DNA from: the human T2T-CHM13v2.0 reference genome, Homo sapiens
Length of the DNA: 64,000 nt
Assembly (NCBI RefSeq): GCF_009914755.1
Contig: NC_060932.1
Reading direction: 5' to 3' (one strand)
Position numbers and translations under genes: made by a program. The notes under the pieces were generated by a model. That model worked only from the letters and a program-made list of their open reading frames with translations. It had not been told where the DNA came from and searched no databases. Below, in pieces: positions 45,361-56,921 of this stretch (within the stretch, counting starts at the first letter, position 1; the number at the start of each line of letters is the position of its first letter).

Positions 45361-46857
45361 GGCTGTCATACATGGGGCATTAAATATACATTATTATTTG
45401 TACATTGGTTTATGGACTATATGTCTGGAAATCTAAGTTGTACTGTGGATTTTATACCTTTTCATTACTTTTGTAGCCTTGAGCAAATTTCTGTACCTTC
45501 CATTAGCACAAGTTGGTAAATACGTATTTGGACATAATGCTTTTCATTTTTCTTCTTATTCCTGTGGCAGACATAGGTTAATTACAGGCCCTTACACCCT
45601 GAGGCCTAAGTAGGCTTTAGAATTCATGTCAACATGATGTTCCCAGCAGCCACCATCAGTCAGTTGACATGAAAATCAAAACTGATTTGACCTCTCAGCT
45701 TTAGAGCTCACAAGCTTTTAAAGGAATGTTTATTCGCACTTTCAGCCACCTCAGACTATCCCATCACAGTATCACCCCCACTTTGCCACCAATTTTTCAA
45801 TGTTGATAGGACACCACAAATGTCTGCATTTGGGATAATCTTTGTGTATTCATCATAACACTACACCCTTGTAAGTAGCCACAGCTGGAGAAGGGATATG
45901 GCTGGCACGAGAGTCCACTGTGAGTACATGCTTGAGGTCAGTATCCAACTATATCTTGACCAAAGAAGCTGACTGACAGGGCATGCTCAGACTTCTTTGC
46001 GCAGATGGAGGTGAGGAGGTCAGTGCCTGTACAGACCAACCAGTGCTTCTTCCCATGCTATGCTCTAAGGAAGCTTCCTCCTAATAAATCTTTTGCTCTC
46101 CACAACAAAACCCTAATAATGTGTCTCCTAGGCATCTTGGCCCAGGCCAGCCAGCACAGAAGCCTGGGATTGTTTTGTTTAGTTTTCAGGTTAGGGGACA
46201 AGAATAACCAAGAGAATAAGTACCACCGACAGATTCTGATCTTTGGTAGATCTCAGAATTCACCTACAGTTATCCATGAATATCCTTTCCCTATTACATA
46301 AAGAAGACTCTTTCTTTATTAAATCTTTAGGCAATAAATGAATTTTTAAGAATACTGATAGGATTATGTTATGTTTTAATATGCAAAATATTCTGTAAGA
46401 AGACACCTAAGAATCACTTACAAGTGCTTATCTTTGATCAGTCATCATCTGTTGCTCCCATTTAACCATTTACCTTGTAACAAAGCTTTTTTAAATCAGA
46501 ATGCCTTGGAATGATTAAAATGTCATATGGATGTGTTTAGATTACAAATAGTTAAGGATGAGATATAAACTAAATTTTAAATATCAAAACAAGATTTCTA
46601 TAATTCTTAAGTATATTAAGTTATTTATAAAATATCATGCTAAATTATTGCATAAACAACAAGCAATCAGTTAGCTAAGGAATAACTTAAAATAGCCTGG
46701 GCCACCATCATACCCAGTGTGGGGCCAGATAGATGAAATATATGGCCAGTGTAGCATTTATTGTGTTCTTTATCTTTTCTTAAGAGTACAGAACAGTGGC
46801 TGTATAGACTTTGGAGTTAGACCTGTGACTGAATTCAGACTCCGTCACTTTGCTGTG

Positions 46858-47218
46858 TGTCTTAGTTCGTTTCCTGCTACTATCACAGAGTAACACTGAC
46901 TGGATGATTTATAAAAAATGTAAGTTATTTGGCTCACAGTTCTAGAGACTGAGAAGTCCAAAATCAAGAGGCAGTGTCTAGTGAGGGATTTCTTGTTGCA
47001 TCATAATATGGTGGAAAGCATCACATGGTGAAGAAACGCATGCACAAAACAGAGCGAAAAAGCAGATCAAATCCACATCTGCAATAATGACATAAATCCA
47101 TTCATGAGGGTAAAGTCCTCATGGCCTAATCATCTCTTAAAGGTCTCACTTTTTACTACCATCACAATGGCAATTAAACTTCAACGTGAGTTTTAGAGAG
47201 GACATTCAGATAACAGCA
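46858..47218 (-). mobile_element. MST/MLT1A-type MaLR solo LTR inserted in a MIR (~46790-47330)
   Basis: tgtcttagt...taacagca ends with perfect 5-bp TSD ctgtg at 46853-46857 and 47219-47223. Confidence 0.88.
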
Positions 47219-48214
47219 CTGTGTGGCTTTAAACAAATTACTAGGTTTTTCTGAACTTTAGTTTTCTTATATACTGTTGTCAAAATTCCATGTGTGAGAG
47301 AGCTTGGCAGAGTCCCTGGCACATCGCAAGCTCTGACTCTTGTGATAATTGTTAGACTCCCTCGTTGTTTGTGGAAGTGTGGTGGGGACAGATAGGAATC
47401 AGCCACATTGTTTTTTTCTACATAAAATATTTGCACCCACATTGGTCTTTAAAACTCTTTGAAATGCATATGAAAATTCCTTTGGAGAAAAAAAGTATGC
47501 AGTTAAAAAAAAAGAAGTCCTGTATTCCCTATTAAGAGATTAATTCCTAAAGGGTAGACAAATAAGATTTCAAACATCACTAGATTTGGACACTAGCTTT
47601 GGCCTGTAAATCGACTTTAGTGGAGAATGTTAACACTTCTCAATTCCTACTCCTTGCTGGCTTGAGTAAGGCACACAGGAGCCACTTTCAGAGATAATCT
47701 TCTCTTCTTTATTTACTTTTATCCTACAGAACAGATTGAAAGCCAGTGGCATAGATCTAGGCACAGGTTTTCTCAGTCAGTCAACATTTGGGGAGCATCT
47801 GCTATGTGTTGGGTGCCATGCCAGGTACAGGTTAATGCAACTGCCAGAACAGATCTTCTGCCCCCTTCTGAACTTTGCTTCTACACATCTAAGGTCCTGT
47901 TAGTGAGCCCAAATAAATATTCTTCACTCCACTCTTTTCTTCTTATTCTTCACTATCTCTGGGCGAACTTATTCTCTCTTATGATTTAATATACTAATTC
48001 TGCATTGATAACATGACTCCTGAATCTATTTCCAACCCAAATGTCTCACCTGAGTTTTGAGCCCACATTTCCATCTGCTGAGTACTGCATATCTTCTCCA
48101 ATATATCCCAACCTATTCCCCAACCTGAACTCTCTATTTCTATTAACTGGCTATGAATGCAGGAACAAGGATTCGAGGACTCAGAGATTAAAAAAAAAAG
48201 TAATAACAATGATG

Positions 48215-48460
48215 GTTAATATTTATTAACCATTTATCCACTATTTATTTAAGTTATTTAGTTATCTAATGTGTGTAGTTATATATTTATTTCTCACAGT
48301 AGCTCTTTGAGATAGGTCTACTATTATTTCCATTTTGCAAATGAAATAATTGAGGCACAAAGAGAAGTCCCTTACTTCTCCAAGGCCACACAGCCAGAGG
48401 TGGTGGAGTCATGACTGGAATTAGGCAATCTGATTCTAGAACCTGTACACTTAAGCCCTT
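48215..48460 (-). mobile_element. MIR
   Basis: ccattttgcaaatgaaataattgaggcacaaagagaag...caaggccacacagc. Confidence 0.75.
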
Positions 48461-49533
48461 TGGCACATCCATCTTAAATGTAGGTCAGGGCTTGGGTTGT
48501 CATAGCTAAAAAGAACAGATCAGATAATGGTAAGTAGTATCACTGCCTGGAAATTTTAACTACAAAATTCTGTAAATATAATGGGTGGATATTTTTATAA
48601 CATGCTTTGGATTCATGATAAAGCTCTAGTCTTTCAAAAGCTTGTGAAATTATTTCTGCAAAAACACACATATGCCGAAGCACAAGAGAAAAAGCAGGAT
48701 GCGGGAAAGCAAAATGCCAATGCACAGGGGAAAAAGCAAGATGCCACCCAGACAGTGAGCAATTTGCTCAGCTTGGCTGGAGCGTGGAGTCTGTAGACTG
48801 AAGTCATAGAAGACAAAGGCTGAGAAGGTACACTGGAACCTGATTGTGAATGAACTTTTAGTTATATTAATACTATAAATATAGTAATAAAGTTATATTG
48901 GATTGTACTCTGTAGGCAAAACATGGGACTAGAAGTTGGGGAGCAAGGCAGGGAAGGTTCATCTAACACAATCATTACTGAGAGCCTCCAGTGAAGTAGG
49001 CATGATTCTAGGTACTTGAAATACAGTTTGTTTGTACCTCCAAGGAGTGTGCAGTCTTAGGGGGAGCTTGGCAATTACACTGGAAATTTTTAATTCACCA
49101 CGGTTAAGTGTTACAGAGTGCTATGAAAATAGTTATGAAGTACCACTAACAAACCCATTGTGCCTTATAAGAAAATACTTCCTGGAAACATGCAGAGATT
49201 TGTAACGAGGAGAATTACATGATTATATTTGTATTTTAGAAATTTAATTCTGTTAGTAGATATGGCAACACCAAAGAAATACTGAAGAAGGAAGGTCATT
49301 GAAGAGATTAATGGATCATATAAAAGTTGATGATCACTTGAACTGTGAAAATAAGAATTGAGAGGCAAGTACAGAATCAAGAGGACTTTTGGCAACAGAA
49401 ACAACAGAACTAGAAATGTTGTTGGAAAGGAGTTCATGAGAATGATTCCAGTCTTTCTTTTTAGTTTGGTCACCTAAGTGGCTGAGTTTTCCAAGTTAGG
49501 GAAAAACAAGGAAGAGCAAAATAAGCGAGGAAG

Positions 49534-49928
<395 letters not shown>

Positions 49929-50089
49929 CTATCATAAATAGAATGATGCCAGAGATGTAAGTTTTGGAATTTCCAACATCTGAATCCAGGTGAGCTTTCT
50001 CAATAGAGCATAGAAGTATAAAGACAGACAATGTGACAGTACCTTGAGGCACATGTAAACAAAGCAAAACAAATAAAATAGATGACACA

Positions 50090-50300
50090 TGAACTTTAGA
50101 GTCAGAATGTCTGAATTCAAATCCCAGCTCAACCACTTATGAGCTTTGTGATTTTGGACAAGGTACTTCATATCTTTTGGTCTCAGTTTCCTCATCTATA
50201 AAATGAGAACTACCTCAGATTGTATCATGACGTTTAAATAAATTAGTGTTTATAAAGAATGTTGAATAATACCTGGCCTTCAGTAAATACAATTTAGTTT
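50090..50300 (+). mobile_element. MIR
   Basis: tttagagtcag...ttcaaatcccagctc...ctcagtttcctcatctataaaatg. Confidence 0.8.
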
Positions 50301-51892
50301 TTATTAAATAAAAAGTATTATAATTCATTTAGCTCCAAATATTGACCTTCATTCTGTGTTCTATTTTATTTCTCCACTATGTCTTACTCTTCTGAAGGCT
50401 GTCGTTTGTTTATCTTATTCTACTCCTAATTCTAGTGGGTCCTGAATGAAGTATTATTAAATTCACTACCTATTTCACATGAAAAGTAAATCTTAGGAAA
50501 GATAAAAAAACATTCCTTTCTTCATGAAACAATTACCTTGTAAAAAAATCTTAGAAAAGTTCTCTCTAGGCATATCACAATGTAATGATCCGTTTCTACA
50601 GATTAAATTGATAAATAATTTTCTACAAAGGAATATTCCTCCTAGCAGTTTCCTTCTTTTACTTTTTTTTCATTTTTCAGGACCAACACTACTAAAATGA
50701 TCTATTCATACATTCCAAGCAGTTTCAGACTTTAGAATTAACCTGTTTCTGGTATGGTCGTGACCATCAGGATCCACTCTGCCAGGAACAGTGCTAGATG
50801 CTCTAAATAGAAAATCTCATATTCTTCCCCAAACTCCTTGAGTTGGCTATGATGTTTGCTATATAATTGAGAAAAATGAGGTTATTCAGAGTCCCTGAAT
50901 CATACCAAGCCTAGAGAAGCTGCCTCAATATAGTGAACAACAGCTAAGCAGTTGGTTTCAAAGCAGAGCATCATTCAACACGGGCCAGTTGTCTCTCCAC
51001 TCTACAGTGTGTCATCATCATTTTGAGGATGAGACAAAAGGTAGAGTGGCCTGATGGGGGCACCCACCAAGATTTCCTGCCCTATTATTTCACCACAGAA
51101 GATACTTGGGAGTCCTGGTACCTTGGCCTTATCATCTATGGCTTGGAGGAACCAATGACCAATAATCTTTTTTTCTTTCAGCTCAGTTCATGAACCATCG
51201 GCAACATTCTCCCCTCTAGACCCATCATCAGAAGACTTAACACAAAACTGTTGGAAGTCTCTTGTCTAAACAGAGTACAGGTTTAATATTCTTACCAGTC
51301 TTAATGAGACTCTAAGTTCAGTTTTTTTTAATTGAATAACATTGTTCAGAGGATATGTCATAGTGATGGTGATGATAAGTATTACCTCAGAGATGGGCTT
51401 TTCCCTGTAAAATGAAGGCTTCAAGATCAGCTTTAAGAAGGAGTTAGATTGAGATAAATGTAAATGATAAATAGATCATGCATGGGAAAAAACAGTATTC
51501 TGGTATAGATATATAATGCTAAGTGTACCAAAGCAAAGCCAAATCAGATGTGTCTGGACAATACTTAGTTTTTCTGGAATGAAGTGTTTATTGTTTAGTT
51601 AGAGAAGCAGTAAAGAATGACATGGAAAACTGGTGAGGGCATGTTTGTGAAGATCTTAAAAGTTTGGGTACCATCTTCTTATGATTAATGAAATCAAGAA
51701 AGGTGGTAACATAAAAACATTTCAGGTGAATATGTTAGTAGGATCAGAGGTTGAAATGGTGATGTAGAGAAGGAATTCAAATTATTCTGAATTTCTAAAT
51801 CTAGGAAAATAAATAACTTGATATGTATTAAAAGTAAAGAAAGCCTATTTTAGGGGTTTGTTTCCAATTCCTTCCAACAAAATAATATCTCA

Positions 51893-52219
51893 CACACTGG
51901 CATACTTTTTCTATAAAGGCCACATAGCAAATATTTTAGGATTTTGGACATGCAGTCTGCTCTGCCACAACTACTCAACTTGTTGCCGTAGCACAAAGCA
52001 GCCTTAAACAATATGTAAATGAAGTCACATGGCTCTGTTTCAGTAAGCTTTATTTACGGACACTGAAGTTTGAATTTCATGAATTTTCATGTGTCACAAA
52101 ATATTATTACTCTTCTTTTGATATTTTCCAGCTACTTTAAAATGTAAAAACCATTCTTAGCTTGGGGCTATACACAATCAGAGGGTGAGCAGGATTTGGC
52201 CACAGTTTGCAAACTCTTG
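51893..52219. mobile_element. MER58B-like hAT-Charlie DNA transposon
   Basis: ggcatacttttctataaaggcca...caactactcaact...tttatttacggacactgaa...gtttgcaaactcttg. Confidence 0.8.
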
Positions 52220-54629
52220 GTTTATAGAACATCATCAGAACTTTCAATCCAACATCATTTTGAAAACTTTGAATTTCTTCTGAAGTCTTCTCTTGAGCAT
52301 TTGGAAGGAGCTGGTTGAAGTGGGCTTGAAGTGGTAGGAGAAGGGGACAACTATTAATAACTAGCTAGTCAGACAAATCATACTAACCACAGGGGGCAGT
52401 AGGACAATATATGTCCCTGTATGCTCTAATCCAACAGTTGCTTGTCTGAAACCTTCAAAAAAAAAGAGAGAGAGAGAGAAATCAATCAATAAATACTACT
52501 GCAAACAAACACATTCTGAACTCAGTATTTTGATAATTGCAGAGGGAAAATCAAAAGTGGTGGGCTTTGCTTTTATTCAAGTTGCTTATGCCACCCTAAA
52601 GTGGTGCAATGCAGTACTTGCCCAAAGGAAGTGAGTGGCAGCATTGATGGAAGCTTAGTGTGAGAGCAGTGTGTAAAGTTGAAGTGACTTTGAACAAAGA
52701 ATTTCGGAGAGACTAACTAGGCTGGGGTAACTAATGAAAACCAGGCTGGGAATGGAATGCAGAGGGGGACATGAGAGTCCCAAAGGAAAAATTGATGGGA
52801 CTTGCTAACTAATGAGACATGGAGGCTGAAAAAAGAGAGAGGAGAAAGATATAAAACCTTTCAAAAGATTCTCATTATATTATTCAGTGCCACTAAGAAT
52901 CACATACCAGTGAGAGGCAAGGGGGACGATGTAGTGTATAGAAAATGGGGAACATAGGAAGCTGGAGAGTAGCACTTCAAACAAGCAAATCACACACATA
53001 CACTAATGTCTGATAAATGTCAGGCTGAAATTATTGGCAAATACAGAGAGAAGGGATCCCATTAATGCCCACATGCTATCTTTATTTCAAGTATTATCAG
53101 GTGGAAAATAAAGTAGTATCATTATCGTGTTGATGGTCTAAATATGTGAACAATCTCCTGCATCATATTATGTAGAATCCCCCTCATTTCTTCAAGGCAA
53201 TTTCCTTTTGATCACTTGGCACTGGTCATGTCTTATAAAGCAAATATATCCAAACATTTTTCGTTGCTTCAGCTTTTCCCTCCCTAGTTCTGTTTGCTTA
53301 TGTAGATCACAAATGTATGAGAAAAACAAACACAATAAGGCAATTAATGTACCTACAGTTAGAGATGTGAATAATATTGGAATTCAGAAAAGGAAAGGTT
53401 ACATAAATAAACCTCTCCAAACTCTTAGCACCAACTATTGGTTTTATCTGCTTCTACCCTACCTAGAGCTGTCCAAAGGGATTGCTAAGGCACTTGCTTC
53501 CTAAAAATCCCTTTTCTGCCATTATGATTCACCCAAAGCAGCATGGTATATGGCGGAGATGCATGTCAGCTCTGCCTATAAATGCACCAAGGCATATTTC
53601 TCATAAGCACATTTTTGCCTACACAGAATGAAATAGAGACAAAAAAGTAATTAGTGCCTTCGTTGTTTGGACTCACATTTATAAAAATAAATGTTTAGCC
53701 TAATTCTAAGATAGTCATTTCAACTGTCCTTCTTAAAAATCTTAAACACCAGGATTTAGTTAAAAATATCTTCAGTTCGCCTACATTTCACCCTTAATTG
53801 TATCTTAAGAAACCTATAATGAAACTAGCGTGGCCAAAATACACTTACCAACAGGTTTCCTTAATTATTATCTAGGAACTATTTAGAAGTGGATGCTTCC
53901 CTGATTTACTTACATGTTGTAAAAAAAATGGAAAGTTAATTTATGAAATTAGAAAAGTAGCTGAAAGTAAGCCTAGCCCATTTTATAATGAGAAAAATAA
54001 AACACAGAATATGTTTTAAAGTGGCTTTCTCAAATGAACCACAACCTTCAGGATTAGACTTTCCCTTTGAGATATTGAGGTACAGAAAATACCAAGTTTT
54101 TAGAAGCACAAAGGAGGCTGAAGGACCCAAATTTGTGAGCTGACACTACCCCACCCTAAGGGGTGTTAAGACCAATAAATAACTATATATGGTATGCTGC
54201 TTCTCTCTTCTGAGTAAATCAGTTATTCAACTAACATGTAACAAGCACATTATAAATTATTTCACTATTACAACAACCACAAATAGATATATAGAAACGT
54301 CTACAAACAAATTACCATGTATAAAGAAAATGAGTAGATACAGAGAGTGCAATCAGAATTAGATTAATACTATGATCATCTTAATATATCAGTTAAATGT
54401 TATGTCCTCATTCCAAGACTCTCATTTTATTTAGCTTCTGCATTAATCCAGCTGCAAATTGAATTAGTCCAGATTAGGTCTTAGTATATTATTTATAGCT
54501 TTTTACTGGTGCTACATTATGCATTTTCATCCAAACAAGTATAATAATTTTGTCAGGTTCATGTAAAAGCAATTTTTGAATATACAGAAAATTTTTATAT
54601 TAAAAGAAAATTTTCATATTTTTTCATAG

Positions 54630-54662
54630 ACTTGAATCAAAGGAACCTTTCCTGTCTGTTGG
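54630..54662 (+). CDS. RALYL: RALYL 33-nt coding micro-exon (R-LESKEPFLSV-G)
   Basis: Acceptor ttttcatattttttcatag| and donor GG|gtaagt. Phase 2/2. Splices in frame to the previous exon to give ...SALYRLESKEPFLSVG, the continuation I recall for RALYL. Confidence 0.94.
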
Positions 54663-54739
54663 GTAAGTATATATTTAAATACTTTAAGTATTAATTATTT
54701 AATTCAAATTTCCAAGAACTTCTGAGATGGTATTTTCAG

Positions 54740-54781
54740 TCATTTAACATCATATTCAAAATCATAACATATCAGTGCATG
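54740..54781 (+). promoter_or_regulatory. Candidate intronic splicing enhancer: three UCAU motifs (NOVA-type YCAY) plus UGCAUG (RBFOX)
   Basis: tcat at 54740, 54750 and 54762; tgcatg at 54776-54781; 78-119 nt downstream of the micro-exon donor. Function is inferred. Confidence 0.5.
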
Positions 54782-55266
54782 CAACATTGCTATCTATGTT
54801 TTATAAAGACTTAACTAAAATGCTCCCTAGGTTGTATTGTGACCTCAGAAATGCAGCTAATGAATGTATATGAAATCCTGTATCTTCCATAAAGGCTAAA
54901 CAAGGTACACAGTGATCATCCATATTCTCTTCATGTAAAAATATACTCAGATTGGTTTTAAAAATTCCTCTGAGCCATAGCTCCACCATTCCAAGCCTGT
55001 CTACCCATTGCCATTCTCCATTTCTTTTCAATCTACTCTATTCACTGTTTCGTCACCCACTTCCCTAAGTCTGTCTTCACAATCAATATCTATCTTTTCT
55101 CCTTATCTCTCATTTCACTTTAATTTCTCCAGTTCACTCACATTGACTGCTTCTTTGCACCCAAAGCTGAGGAACCCTGAGGCAAATTTAGATAAGACGA
55201 ACGCTTGCCTGCTCTGATGGTATCCTTCTTAGTCACAATACATATCTTTAAGAATAATATATTGTT

Positions 55267-55713
<447 letters not shown>

Positions 55714-56634
55714 TCAATATTATAGATGATATTGTATGAAAAAGTTGTGAAAAATGCAATGTCTTGCCTAGAGAAATCATGCTATATTTGATGAGGGAAA
55801 AAAAGCTGTCATATATAGGCAGCCACAATACTGATGCTTAATGACCAGAAACATGGAATGGGGTTAGATTTTTAAGTGACCAGATCAATTTTCTTTTATT
55901 ACTTTGTACATGGTCATTGAATATTTCTATCAATCACTCATTCAACAACATGGTTCCCAATTCCTTTCTACTCTTCATAAAAGCTTTTCAGAAAGCCACT
56001 CAAATCATGGAAATCAAAATAATTATTAGGGGATGTGGAAGACAAAAAATGGAATATATGCATTTATTTGAAGACTACATGGAAAATGAAAGGTCGAGTT
56101 GGTCTGGCCCAAAAAAAGTGATAAAGCATGCTTTTTTCCCTACATTGATCATCAGCTCCTATTGTTAAAAATCTCTACACCTGAAGAAATCTTTTAGTTT
56201 GAATGCATGTGTATTTGCCCTCAAGTCAAAAGGCCTGAAATAGCTTCTCTTCACGCCTCACTTCATGTAGTTTCTGTGCAGCCTTTACTGTTCTCCTGGC
56301 TATTATGAGATGGAATTCCTTTTTTATTGCATACTTCTGTTTTAAAAGGCAGACCCTAAGTAATCTTTGTTTTAAATTTATCAACAGTTTAGCACTGATT
56401 ATTAGAACCCTGAGAAAATCTCTCCAAAAAAAAAAAAAAATACTGTATCGCTCAGCCAATGCTCAAAGTGGGAAAATTAGCATGGCACACATAAGATATT
56501 GCTTATGTCTTAAAAGTAAAGTGGTGTGAAAGGCAACCCAAATGATTCTGCTGAATGGATATTTTAATTTATAGCTAAATGTTTCTGTTCCCTCAAGAAA
56601 ATTATTTTAAATAAGATTGTCCAAAAGTATGTAT

Positions 56635-56880
56635 GCTAAGGTGGGCGACTCACTTGAGTTCAGGAGTTCGAGACCAGGCTGGACAACATGGTGAAACATC
56701 ATCTCTACAAAAAATTACAAAAATTAGCTGGCCGTGGTGCCGTGCCTCTAGTCCTAGCCACCTGGGGGGCTGAGGCGGGAGGATCATTTGAGCCCAGCAG
56801 GTCCGGGCTACAATGAACCGAGATCGCACCACTTCACCCCAGCGTAGGCAACAAAGTGAGACCCTGTCTCAAAAAAATAA
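56635..56880 (+). mobile_element. 5'-truncated AluJ
   Basis: Starts ~50 nt into the consensus; TSD aaaag(t/c)atgtatg. Confidence 0.88.
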
Positions 56881-56921
56881 AAGCATGTATGTAGCTCTCT
56901 GCTGCCTTTTTCAGTGAGAAG

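Noticed and set aside
46185-46202. FRLGDK resembling the Gypsy integrase C-terminal FxxGD motif
   Set aside because: Far too close to the putative RT motif to fit pol geometry; likely chance.
52383-52402. CTCF-like ccacagggggcagtag
   Set aside because: The 3' core matches but the 5' CCASY part aligns poorly; cannot be supported without ChIP data.
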